64,000 bases of DNA from Spirochaetia bacterium (lineage in GTDB: Bacteria > Spirochaetota > Spirochaetia > SZUA-6 > Bin103), in assembly GCA_965208575.1 (NCBI GenBank), contig CBDBOV010000003.1:224001-288000 (forward strand), read 5' to 3'. The position numbers and the translations under genes are program-made. The notes below the pieces were generated by a model. It saw nothing but the letters and a program-made list of their open reading frames with translations, ran no database searches and was not told the DNA's origin. Numbering within the stretch: the first letter of the stretch is position 1; each line of letters starts with the position of its first letter. This document shows, piece after piece, positions 20,395 through 30,108 of the stretch.

Positions 20395-20740
20395 CGCCCA
20401 CCCTGCGTCAACGGGCCGATGGCCTGGCCCCAGCCAGCGCGGGCCCTGCCCCAGCGCGCCCACATCGACCCGAGGCCTACCCTGCGTCAACGGGCTAATG
20501 GCCTGCTCTGGCCAGCGTGCGGCGGTGCCATGAGCGACCACATGGCGCACCGAAGCCCAAATTGCGTCAACGGGCTGATGGCCTGAATCAGCCAGCGCAC
20601 GGCGGTCCCAAGAGCGACCACATGGCGACCCGAAGCCCACCCTGCGTCAACGGGCTGATGGCCTGAATCAGCTAGCGCAGGGCGGTCTCAAGCGCGCCCA
20701 CCCGGCGACCCTGCGCCCACCTTGCGTCATCGGGCCGGTG
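20395..20740. repeat. Degenerate tandem array with ~80-bp period (4.3 units)
   Basis: Core TGCGTCAACGGGC recurs near 20404, 20483, 20563, 20643, 20723 (last copy variant); intervening parts are homologous too. Confidence 0.85.
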
Positions 20741-20833
20741 GCGCAACAATGCGGGCGCGGGCGCTGCTCTCGGGCGCGGGCCGCACCAAATGCAGCGCGT
20801 GTCGATCGCGCGGGACTTGAGGAACTACCAGCC

Positions 20834-22432
20834 ATGCCCAGGATGACCGGCGGCCAGGCGCTCGCCCGACAGCTTCACCGCGAGGGGGTGCGGGTGATCT
20901 TCGGCCTGCCCGGCGTGCAGCTCTACCACCTGCTCGACGGGCTCGCCGAGCAGGAAGAGATCCGTTTCATCACCACCCGCCATGAGCAGGCCACCACCTA
21001 CATGGCGGACGGCTACTCGCGCACCGGCGCCGGCATCGGCACGGCACTGGTGGTGCCGGGGCCCGGGCTGCAGAACGCCTCGGCGGGCATCGGCACCGCC
21101 TACTCGGCGTCGTCGCCGATGCTGGTGATCGCCGGCCAGGTGGAGCGCGCCCTGATCGGCGTGGACCGCGGCGTGCTGCACGAGATCAACGATCAGCTCG
21201 ACACCGTGCGCCCGGTGATCAAGTGGGGCAAGCGCATCCTGCACGCAGCCGACGCAGCGCAGGGCGTGCACGACGCGTTCGTGCAGTTGCGGTCGGGCCG
21301 CCCGCGCCCGGTCGAGATCGAGATTCCGCCCGAAGCGCTCGCCGAGAAGGCGGAGGTCGAGCTGCTCGACCCGGCGGAGTGCGAGCGTAGCGCCGCCGGC
21401 GACGCGGAAGTCGCGCGCGGGGCGGAACTGCTCGCCGCGGCCGCCAACCCGGCGATCTGGGCGGGCGGCGGCGTCCATGCGTCCGATGCCCACGAGGCGC
21501 TGCTGAAGGTGGCCGAGCACCTGCAGGCTCCGGTGTTCGCCACTGGCGAGGGGCGCGGTGCGATCTCGGACCGCCACCATCTTTCCCTGGGGCCGATCAG
21601 CTTCGGGCGCGACAGCTACCGCGAACGGCGCGCCGAGCATGACGTGATCCTGGCGGTCGGCACGCGGATGGCGATGCCGGCCCTGCTCAGCGGGCAGCAG
21701 GTGGTGCAGATCGACATCGACCCGGCGGAGGTCGGGCGCAACTACGCCAACACCGCCGGCCTGGTGGGCGACGCGCGCGCCACCCTGGAGGCGCTGCACC
21801 GGCAGTTGCAGGAGCGCCTGGCGCCGCGTCCGAGCCGGCAGGCGGAACTGGAGGCGCTCTATGCGCAGCGATTCGACGGGTCCGCGGAGCCGGAGCCGCT
21901 GAAGTCGTTCATGCGGGCGATCCGCTCCGCGACGCCCGAAGACGGCATCATCGTGCAGGACTTCACCCAGCTCGGCTACTACAGCCGCGCCCACTGTCCG
22001 ATCTATGCGCCGCGCTCCTACATCACCCCGTCCTACTTCGGCACCCTCGGCTACGGCTATCCCACCGCGCTCGGGGCCAAGGTCGGGCAGCCGGAGCGCG
22101 CGGTAGTGCTCATCTCCGGCGACGGCGGCTTCCTGTACAACAGCCAGGAGCTGGCCACCGCGGTGCGCTACGGCATCAACGCCGTGGCGGTAGTGTTCAA
22201 CGACCACGCCTACGGCAACGTGCGCCGCGATCAGCGCCGCCGGTTCGCGGGCCGCGTGTACGGCTCGGAGCTGTACAACCCCGACTTCATGAAGCTGGCG
22301 GAAGCGTACGGCGTACGCGGCATGCGCGCGTTCGGCCCTGAGCAACTGGAGGCGGCCTTGCAGCGCGCCGTCGCCAGCCCGGTCCCCACCCTGATCGAGG
22401 TCCCCGTAGGCGAGCTCCCCATCCCCTACTGA
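20834..22432 (+). CDS. Thiamine-diphosphate-dependent enzyme (acetolactate synthase large-subunit-like)
   Basis: IFGLPG, RHEQ, GDGGF...N ThDP motif. Confidence 0.9.
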   Translation: MPRMTGGQALARQLHREGVRVIFGLPGVQLYHLLDGLAEQEEIRFITTRHEQATTYMADGYSRTGAGIGTALVVPGPGLQNASAGIGTAYSASSPMLVIAGQVERALIGVDRGVLHEINDQLDTVRPVIKWGKRILHAADAAQGVHDAFVQLRSGRPRPVEIEIPPEALAEKAEVELLDPAECERSAAGDAEVARGAELLAAAANPAIWAGGGVHASDAHEALLKVAEHLQAPVFATGEGRGAISDRHHLSLGPISFGRDSYRERRAEHDVILAVGTRMAMPALLSGQQVVQIDIDPAEVGRNYANTAGLVGDARATLEALHRQLQERLAPRPSRQAELEALYAQRFDGSAEPEPLKSFMRAIRSATPEDGIIVQDFTQLGYYSRAHCPIYAPRSYITPSYFGTLGYGYPTALGAKVGQPERAVVLISGDGGFLYNSQELATAVRYGINAVAVVFNDHAYGNVRRDQRRRFAGRVYGSELYNPDFMKLAEAYGVRGMRAFGPEQLEAALQRAVASPVPTLIEVPVGELPIPY

Positions 22433-22712
22433 CCCACCGACCGGCGACGTGCGGTATTCCCCGGATCGTGATCGGCGAGCAAGGCGACCTGGCAGGGGTG
22501 ATTGCATTGCCTTGGACTGTCCGAACAAGGGTGCGAGGGCCGTCGAGGTGTGGTTGGATCGGACGGCGGCAAACTTCATCGATCATCTCCTGTGGTTGCC
22601 TGACGTGGGAGACGATGCCGACTTCAACCGGCCACGCTCGGGGCCGCGGCCGGTTGCGCTGTGACCTGATGTGGATTGGGCTGGACCAGGTGGCGTACTA
22701 TCGCCTGAGGCT

Positions 22713-24611
22713 ATGGCGGCGCGCGGACAGCGGAAGAAGACGGGCGGACGAACGCGGCGCGGCTCGCGGGATGGGCGCGGCCGGTTGCGGATCGGCAACC
22801 AGTGGAATGCGATCACCATCATCGCGCTGTCGCAGAACAGTCCGCTGAAGGCGATCGCGGAGTTCGTCGAGAACTCGATCGACGCGCGCGCCAGGAACAT
22901 CACCATTATCCGTGGCCGGGAGCAGGGCGAGCCCTACCTGCGGGTGGTGGACGACGGCGAGGGCATTCGCCTCAACGACGATGGGGTGCCCGACTTCGAC
23001 TACGTCGCCACCCACGTGTGCGACTCGATCAAGCGGCGGCTCAAGGAGCGCGGCGCCACCGGCATTCAGGGTGAGTTCGGCATCGGCCTGCTGAGCTTCT
23101 GGACGGTCGGCGAGCGGATGGTGCTGTCGTCGGCCGCCGCCGACGGCCGGGTGCACGACATGGAGATAGAGAAGGGCGCTCCGCACTACCGGGTCACCAA
23201 GCGGCGGCTGCTGTTCTCGCAGCCGGGCACCGAACTGCTGGTCAAGCCGCTGCTGCCCGGCATCCGCCAGCTCAACCCGGAGCGCATCCAGGCGTTCCTG
23301 GCCAGCGAACTGCGCGAACGGATCCGCTCCTCGGGGGTGCGCATCCGCATCAAGGACCGGCGGGCGCGCAAGGATCTGGAGGTGGTGCCGCGGGAGTTCA
23401 CCGGGAGGCTGTTGCGTGAGATCGGACCGGTCGGCACGCCGGACGGTTCGGTGGAGGTCGAGCTGTACGTCGGGGAGGCGCAGGCCGAGCACCGGGTGGC
23501 GCTGTTTCGCAACGGCACCAGGGTGGTGCCGGACGTAAGCCGGCTGCAGGGACTGGAACGCGAGCCGTGGACCTCCGACCTGCTGCGCGGGCTGATCGAC
23601 GCGCCGTTCCTGCAGCTCACCCCCGGCACCCGCGACGGGGTGGTTTTCGACGCACGCTTCGCGGCCCTGAGCCGGGCGCTGGAGGAGATCGAGCCGCGCG
23701 TCATCGAGCAGGTGGAGCGCGAGCGGGCCGCGGCCGAGGAGGAGGCAAGCCGCAGCATTCTGCGCTCGGTGCGCAAGGCGCTGACCGAGGGCCTGTTGGC
23801 GCTGCCCAACGCCGACTACCAGTGGCTGGAGGTGAACGAACCGCGCCGCACCACGGCCGCCGGCGCCGCCGGCACCGCCACCTCCGCGCCCGGCGTCGGC
23901 CTCGGCGATACGCCGCTGATCGACGCCGCCGACGCCCAGGGTTCCCTGGTGCCGGAGCCCGGCGCCGCCGCTCCCGACGCCGAAGCGCCCGCTTCCGAGG
24001 AGCGCGCGTTCCACGAGCACGCTGGGCCGCTGTACAAGGTGACGGTGTCGCCTGCCTCGGCGGTGGTGAAGGTGGGGGAGACCTGCACCATCCGCTGCCT
24101 GCCCAAGGATCGCCGCGGGCGCGCGATCGAGGCCGGGGTGGAGGTGAGTTGGCAGGTGGTCGAGGGCGCCGGCAGCCTGCGCGACCGCGACCGCGAGGTG
24201 GTGACCTTCGCCGCGCCGGCCGAGCCGGGCCTGTCCGTGATCCGTGTGACCGCCCGCCAGCAGGACAGCGAGTGCAGCGCGGACGCCAGCGTCACCATCA
24301 CCGAGTCGCTCGGCGACCGCTTCGACAGCCCGCAGCAGAACCACGGGCGCGGCATTCCGCGCTATACGTTCCGCCATGCTCCCGGCGAGATGTGGCGCTC
24401 GCGCTACGACGCGCAGAACAACCTGATCGTGGTCAACAACGGCCACAGCGACTTCCGCTACGCGTCCGAGAAGCGGGCGCGCGAGCTGCGCTACATGCTG
24501 CGCCTGTACGCCAAGGAGCTGGTGCTGGAGAACTTCCCCGGCTACGAGCGCGGCGAGCTGCTGGAGCGCATGATCGAGCTCTCCCTGTACGCGGAGGAGC
24601 ACCTGCGCTAG
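22713..24611 (+). CDS. Stand-alone GHKL (MORC/HSP90-like) ATPase with C-terminal Ig-like region
   Basis: EFVENSIDA, DDGEG, GEFGIG Bergerat motifs; VTVSPASAVVKVGET beta-rich segment. Confidence 0.75.
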   Translation: MAARGQRKKTGGRTRRGSRDGRGRLRIGNQWNAITIIALSQNSPLKAIAEFVENSIDARARNITIIRGREQGEPYLRVVDDGEGIRLNDDGVPDFDYVATHVCDSIKRRLKERGATGIQGEFGIGLLSFWTVGERMVLSSAAADGRVHDMEIEKGAPHYRVTKRRLLFSQPGTELLVKPLLPGIRQLNPERIQAFLASELRERIRSSGVRIRIKDRRARKDLEVVPREFTGRLLREIGPVGTPDGSVEVELYVGEAQAEHRVALFRNGTRVVPDVSRLQGLEREPWTSDLLRGLIDAPFLQLTPGTRDGVVFDARFAALSRALEEIEPRVIEQVERERAAAEEEASRSILRSVRKALTEGLLALPNADYQWLEVNEPRRTTAAGAAGTATSAPGVGLGDTPLIDAADAQGSLVPEPGAAAPDAEAPASEERAFHEHAGPLYKVTVSPASAVVKVGETCTIRCLPKDRRGRAIEAGVEVSWQVVEGAGSLRDRDREVVTFAAPAEPGLSVIRVTARQQDSECSADASVTITESLGDRFDSPQQNHGRGIPRYTFRHAPGEMWRSRYDAQNNLIVVNNGHSDFRYASEKRARELRYMLRLYAKELVLENFPGYERGELLERMIELSLYAEEHLR

Positions 24612-26382
24612 CCCGGAAAGCTCACCAGGGGGATAGACACGGGGTGGAATTTGTGGTTATCTGTATATGGTAGCAACAAATACAAAGCCACAAGGAACCA
24701 CCCCGTGGAAACACACTGTACTACAGAACAACTGCTATTTGAAGGTCTCGGACGGCGCTCGGTCGTGGGCGCGTTTGATGGCGGTCGGCTGACATCGGAC
24801 AGCGGCGTGCTGTTGCTCCGCGAAGCTGACCGGTTATTTGACGTGACCGGCCGACTGGCGGCCTGTTTCACCGACTATCGCGATCCGGAGCGGGTCGAGC
24901 ATCCCCTTCAGATCCTGATCGCCCAGCGGGTGCTGGGGCTGGCGGCCGGCTATGAGGACCTCAATGACCATGACCGATTGCGTGACGACAGCGCTCTGGC
25001 GTTGGCCACCGGGTGCGCCGATGTGACCGGCGCGCAGCGCCTGCGCGAACGTGACCGCGGTCACGCCCTGGCCGGGTCCAGCACCTTGAACCGCCTGGAG
25101 CTGGGCGATCCAGACACGGCCAAGTGTCATCGCTACAAGAAGATCCTCGCCGATGGCCGGATCATCGACGACCTGCTGGTGGATCTGTTTCTGGACAGCG
25201 AGCGGCGACCGCCGGCACAGGTAGTGCTGGATCTGGATGCGACCGATGACCGGTTGCACGGCAACCAGGAAGGCCGCTTCTTCCATGGCTACTACGGCCA
25301 TTACTGTTATCTGCCGCTGTACATCACCTGTGGCGAGCATGTGCTGCGCTGCCGTCTGCGCCGCGCCGACTGCGACGCGAGTGACGGAGCGGTGGAGGAA
25401 CTGACAGTGATAGTGGCGCAGATCCGCCAACGCTGGCCGGAGACGAAGATTCTGGTGCGCGGTGACTCGGGATTCTGTCGCGAATCGATCATGGCTTGGT
25501 GCGAGGACAACGGCGTCGATTATGTGCTCGGCTTGGCGCGCAACGCACGCCTGCAGCGGCGCATCGCCAAGGCGCTGCGCAAGTCGCGGCGCCGCAGTGC
25601 GGCGAGCGGGAAGGCGTCGCGACGGTTCCGGGAGTTCCGCTACCGAACGCTGGACTCGTGGAGCCGAAGCCGCCGGGTGGTGGCCAAGGCGGAGTGGCTG
25701 CCTGGCACCGGCGGCGGCAATCCGCGCTTCGTGGTGACCAGCCTCGACCGGCAGACGATTGCCAAGCAGGCCCTCTACGAAGAGCTGTACTGCGCCCGTG
25801 GTGACATGGAGAACCGCATCAAGGAGCAGCAACTGTGGCTGTTCGCCGACCGTACCTCGACGGCGACGATGCGTGCCAATCAGATACGGCTGTACTTCTC
25901 CGCCTTTGCCGGCATCCTGTTGACGATCCTGCGCCGCGTGGGACTGCAAGGAACCGAGCTTGCCAACGCGCGCTTCGACACCATCCGGGCGCGGCTGATC
26001 AAGCTCGCGGGACGTATCAAGGTGTCGGTGCGCAGGGTACGGATCTCGTTGTCATCGGTATATCCGTTGCAGGAGCTGTTCGCACAGGCGCTCACCGCCC
26101 TGCGCGCTGCCCCCGTGTGCGTGGCCCCTGTGCGCGACGCACCTGGGTAGCCCCGCCACAGCGCCACGAAACTCACTGCAGCAGGTCTGACCAGGGGGAG
26201 GTGCGTCCAATTCCGCAGCTTGCAGCGCCTGTGACTGACCATTACGACCTGATCAGCGGCGCGTGGCACGAAAACCACGCTCGCACCGCCGCCCCACGGC
26301 CCCTCCTTGCTCTCTGCACACTTCCGGCGCCCTCAACTCGGGACCAAATCGGCCAGCCGATCCCCTTGGTGAGCGATGCGGG
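24612..26382 (+). mobile_element. IS1380-family insertion sequence
   Basis: Imperfect terminal IRs CCCGGAAAGCTCACCAGGGG vs CCCGCATCGCTCACCAAGGGG; CTAG duplicated at 24608-24611 and 26383-26386. Confidence 0.92.
24705..26150 (+). CDS. IS1380-family DDE transposase
   Basis: FDGGRLTSDSG, GYEDLNDHD, LDLDATDD, RGDSGF, RGDMENRIKE; start approximate. Confidence 0.93.
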   Translation: METHCTTEQLLFEGLGRRSVVGAFDGGRLTSDSGVLLLREADRLFDVTGRLAACFTDYRDPERVEHPLQILIAQRVLGLAAGYEDLNDHDRLRDDSALALATGCADVTGAQRLRERDRGHALAGSSTLNRLELGDPDTAKCHRYKKILADGRIIDDLLVDLFLDSERRPPAQVVLDLDATDDRLHGNQEGRFFHGYYGHYCYLPLYITCGEHVLRCRLRRADCDASDGAVEELTVIVAQIRQRWPETKILVRGDSGFCRESIMAWCEDNGVDYVLGLARNARLQRRIAKALRKSRRRSAASGKASRRFREFRYRTLDSWSRSRRVVAKAEWLPGTGGGNPRFVVTSLDRQTIAKQALYEELYCARGDMENRIKEQQLWLFADRTSTATMRANQIRLYFSAFAGILLTILRRVGLQGTELANARFDTIRARLIKLAGRIKVSVRRVRISLSSVYPLQELFAQALTALRAAPVCVAPVRDAPG

Positions 26383-26499
26383 CTAGCCGTAGCGCCCGCG
26401 GTGCGGACCGTCCCGCCTGGTGGGACCAGGAGCACTTCCTGAGTACTTCCTGAGGCGGTGGTGGCGCCACCTGCCTCGGCTGTGTGCTACAGTGCACGG

Positions 26500-26895
26500 G
26501 TGCCGGTGGACTTCGACATCGATCTGGACCGGGTCAGGGCGTTCTTGCGCGGCAAGGCCGAGGGGCGCTGTGCCCAAATCGATGAGCGCTTTGAGCGCGC
26601 AACGCTCGACGCGCAAGCCATCGTCGCCGAGATCGCGCGGGTGGTGAAGCCACGCCGCATCTATCAGTGGGGATCTCTGCTGAATCGGGACAGGTTCACC
26701 GAGATCTCCGATATCGACATCGCGCTGGAAGGGCTGGCCGGCGCTGAGCAGTTCTTTGCCGCTCTCGGCTTGGCCATGGAGAGGTCCACGTTGCCAGTCG
26801 ATGTGGTCGAGTTGGAGAAGCTCCCGTCCACCACGGCCGAGCGGATACGAGAGCGAGGCAAGTTGGTGTATGAGCGCGAACCAGCAGATCCGTGA
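26500..26895 (+). CDS. Minimal nucleotidyltransferase (MntA-like antitoxin)
   Basis: WGS...SDIDIA motif; overlaps downstream HEPN gene. Confidence 0.85.
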   Translation: MPVDFDIDLDRVRAFLRGKAEGRCAQIDERFERATLDAQAIVAEIARVVKPRRIYQWGSLLNRDRFTEISDIDIALEGLAGAEQFFAALGLAMERSTLPVDVVELEKLPSTTAERIRERGKLVYEREPADP

Positions 26896-27370
26896 CCTGC
26901 TGGCGGTTCTTGAAGATCGTCGGCACACACTCCAGCAGATCTACGCCACCACCGAGCGGGCGCTGATCTGTGAGGTAGCTCAGTTGGGCAGGACCAGCGT
27001 GTCCGCGCTCATCGTCGCGGGCTTGGTAGAGAACTACTACACCTGCCTGGAGACCATCTTCGTCCGCATCTCGCAGTTCTTCGAGAACAGCCTCGATGCG
27101 GCGCGTTGGCACAGCGACCTGTTGGAGAAGATGACCCTGGCGATCGCCGATACGCGCGTCCCGGTGGTCTCCAAGGAGAACTTCCCGCCGCTGCTGGAGC
27201 TGCTCAGGTTCAGACACTTCAAGCGCTACTACTTTGATCTGGAGTATGACTGGGATCGGCTCGATTTCCTGATGGTGAAACTGCGCAAAGCGCACCCCGC
27301 CGTGGTGCGAGACCTCGAGCGGTTTATCGCGTTCCTCGAAGCGCTGATAGAGTCGGCGAAAGACACGTGA
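26870..27370 (+). CDS. HEPN-domain (HepT-like) toxin
   Basis: WHSDLL, LLRFRHFKRYYF; paired with MNT. Confidence 0.8.
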   Translation: MSANQQIRDLLAVLEDRRHTLQQIYATTERALICEVAQLGRTSVSALIVAGLVENYYTCLETIFVRISQFFENSLDAARWHSDLLEKMTLAIADTRVPVVSKENFPPLLELLRFRHFKRYYFDLEYDWDRLDFLMVKLRKAHPAVVRDLERFIAFLEALIESAKDT

Positions 27371-27487
27371 GCACAATCCCTCGAGGCCATCAAGGCGGCG
27401 GGATCCTTATCCGCGGGACGAAGGCGCCAGGGGCCGCTGATGCGCACGGGGCCCGTACCACGGTGACGAGCCGGCCGTGCCAGGCCG

Positions 27488-27526
27488 TGCTTGCTGGTGC
27501 TTGCTGGTGCTTGCTGGTGCTTGCTG
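27488..27526. repeat. 10-bp tandem repeat (TGCTTGCTGG) about 4 copies
   Basis: Directly visible. Confidence 0.9.
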
Positions 27527-27569
27527 CACCACGGCTGCACCACGAACGGAGAGTGCGGCGGCAAAACCG

Positions 27570-27690
27570 GTGTTGACGGTTACCGTGTACAGCCTGAACA
27601 GCCTCGGCGACGCGGTGCGCGACCTGCTCGACCCGCGGCTGATCGGCGGCGCCGGCCGCCTGGGCGCGCAAGACACCCGGTCGGTTCGGG
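27570..27690 (+). pseudogene. Orphan 3-prime end of a DppC-like permease
   Basis: Translates LTVTVYSLNSLGDAVRDLLDPRLIGGAGRLGAQDTRSV. Confidence 0.85.
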
Positions 27691-28012
27691 TGCTGGGGGT
27701 GCTGGGTCGCGCGCCCTATTGCCTCACGTAAAAATCTAACCTTACGGTGAGCGTGCCTCACGTAAGAATCTAACCGAAAGGGAGGCGGAGAACGAGGGGG
27801 GAGCGCGAGGGGGGAGACTCATAAATTGTGGATAAGTGGATAGGCTGCTGGGCGACCGGCCGGGTTGATTCAAGCACACCAACGCGACCGGGGGCGTATC
27901 TGGTTGGTCGGCGCGGATGAGGAGGCGTCAACGGCAGGGAGGTGGTCGGTGCCGTGTCGTGTCGCTGACCGAAGAGGGGGCGGACGGGTCTGGAGGCGAC
28001 TTCGGTGCTGGT

Positions 28013-28093
28013 GACACGGGGATGTCCAGACACCACCTCGTGTCGCGGAGAGGCCTTACAGCGCGGCTGAGGCGACATTTCTTGACGCCGACC
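28013..28093 (+). repeat. ~80-bp direct repeat, copy 1
   Basis: GACACGGGG..TCCAGACACCACCTCGTGTCG..GGCCTTACAGCGCGGCTGAGGCGAC, repeated at 29985. Confidence 0.9.
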
Positions 28094-28394
28094 GTCTGGC
28101 TCACGGATATACGGGCGTCAGAGACGCTCAGAAGTCATTTGCCGAGCCGGGTGATGCCGCCCACGCCGCGATCGGCGCGCAGGTTGCTGCGGAGCGCACG
28201 GAGCGAGGCGCCCCGGACAACTGCACCGAGGTGCGTTGCCCGGGGCAGGGTCATGACAATTCCCCACCGCCGGGACGGGGTAGGCGACGAGGTTGCGACA
28301 CCGGAGCCGTCGGGATCGAACGGGGCGGAGGAGATGCTGTACCCCGCTGACGGACGGAGGGCGTAGCCCGACCGGAGTCAGCCGGCGCGGTGCC

Positions 28395-29966
28395 GTGGAG
28401 GCCACCGTGGACGACGCCGAGATGGCGGACCAGGCAGCCAAGCTGCTCGCTTCCGGGATGAGCGGCTCAGCCTGCGCTCGCGAACTCGGCATCCCGGTGA
28501 GCACCTTCAACGAGAACCGCCGCGCCGGCGTCATCACAGATCCCACCCGGGAGCCCGCCGCCAGCGCCGAGGTTGCGCCGGCGGCCACCACCACTGATCA
28601 CCCGGTCAGCACCGCCGCCGCGGTCAGCGACCCGGCGGTCGCCACTGAGCGCGCCAGCCGCGACGCCCGCGACAAGCACGCGCCCATGGGCCGCGCGGCG
28701 CGCGACGTGGAACGCCGCACGCTCGCCAGAGCCGGCCTGCTGACCGAGGCCACACCAGCGTTCGTCGAGCCCGCCCACGCGGTCGCTGGCGGCGGCGTGC
28801 TGGCCGCACTGGCGATGCTGCTGCGCGAGGGCCTGCTCACCGCCGCCAACCGCCTGTTCCGCCTGCCGGCCGGATTCTACGGCCTGACCACCATCCTCCT
28901 GTTCGTCGCCTGCATGACCCTGGCCCGGGTGCGCAACCCCGAGAGCCTGCGCTACCAGGCACCCGGCGAGTGGGGCGCCATCCTCGGCCTCGACCGCTGT
29001 CCGGAGACCAAGACGCTGCGCCGCAAGATCAGGCTGCTGGCCAGCGCCGAGCACACCGTGCGCGATTGGCAATCGGTACTGGCGCGTACCTGGGCCAGCG
29101 AGCACGACGACGACTGGACGACGCTGGCCGTGGATGGCCACGTGAAGGTGTACACCGGGCGCAACGGGCGGTTGCCGAAACACTTCGTCGCACGCCAGAA
29201 GCTGTGTCTGCCGGCGTCGGTGAGCTACTGGATCAACGCCCTCGGCGGCGCACCGCTGCTGTGCCTGCACAAGGCGCTGGACCCGAAGCCGGTGAATGCG
29301 ATCAAGCACGACGTGGTGCCGCAGTTGCAGCACCTGGGGGTGGTGACCGAAGCGGCCCCCGACCTGACCGGAGCACCGGCCGGTACCCCGCAGCTGACCC
29401 TGGTGTTCGACCGCGAGGGCTGGAGCCCGGACCTGTTCAAGCGCCTGGCCCGGCGTGGCATCGCCTGCATCACCTGGCACAAGAACTTCAACGGCGCGGA
29501 CTGGCTGCCGGAAGACTTCCACACCTTCGAGGTACCGATCCATGGTCCCGCCGGCACCAGCACGACTGCGGTTGATCTGGCCGAGCAGCCGATCATGCTG
29601 CGCAACGGGCTGGTGGTGCGCCAGATCCGGCGGCGTCTGGCCAACGGTCGTCAGGTGGCGGTGATCACCACGCACCCGCAGATGCCGTTGGCGCAGGTCG
29701 CCGGCGCCATGTTCTCGCGCTGGTCGCAGGAGAACTTCTTCAAGTACCTGCGCGAGCAGTTCAACCTTGACGCGCTGCCGAGCCATGACCTTGCGCCGCC
29801 GGAGCCCGACGCACGGGTCGTGAACCGGTGCGCCGGGCCCTGGAAAAGAGCATCAGGCGGGTACGCAGCCGGCTGGCAGCGGTCCGCAATCGCCTCGCCG
29901 AGGCACTGCAGGGACGGCACCGGGACTCCGCCACCCGGCTTACGGTCGCGGATAAAGTTGCACTGA
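28395..29966 (+). pseudogene. Putative DDE transposase, frameshifted/truncated
   Basis: PGEWGAILGLDRCPE, AVDGHVKVY, VFDREG, RWSQENFFKY; frame changes near 29826 (RRALEKSIRR continues in another frame). Confidence 0.7.
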
Positions 29967-29984
29967 ATTGCATGGTTATGCATA

Positions 29985-30067
29985 GACACGGGGGTATCCA
30001 GACACCACCTCGTGTCGTGGAGGGGCCTTACAGCGCGGCTGAGGCGACGTTTTCTCATCGCTGACCG
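29985..30067 (+). repeat. ~80-bp direct repeat, copy 2
   Basis: Near-identical to 28013-28093. Confidence 0.9.
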
Positions 30068-30108
30068 CCCATTCTCCGATTATCGACCGTCAGACCCGCC
30101 TGAGAGGG

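Noticed and set aside
20395-20740. CRISPR array or glycine riboswitch
   Set aside because: Inter-core segments are homologous to each other, there are no cas genes, and no glycine aptamer consensus is visible on the gcvT strand
22449-22664. 71-aa ORF between ThDP enzyme and GHKL gene
   Set aside because: No recognisable motif or RBS; possibly a remnant but unsupported
168-24602. Long antisense ORFs (e.g. 168-1583, 8579-11422, 17561-19627, 22698-24602)
   Set aside because: Shadow frames of real genes in high-GC DNA with no recognisable motifs
27826-27836. DnaA box TGTGGATAA
   Set aside because: Single copy inside a transposon end; no origin context
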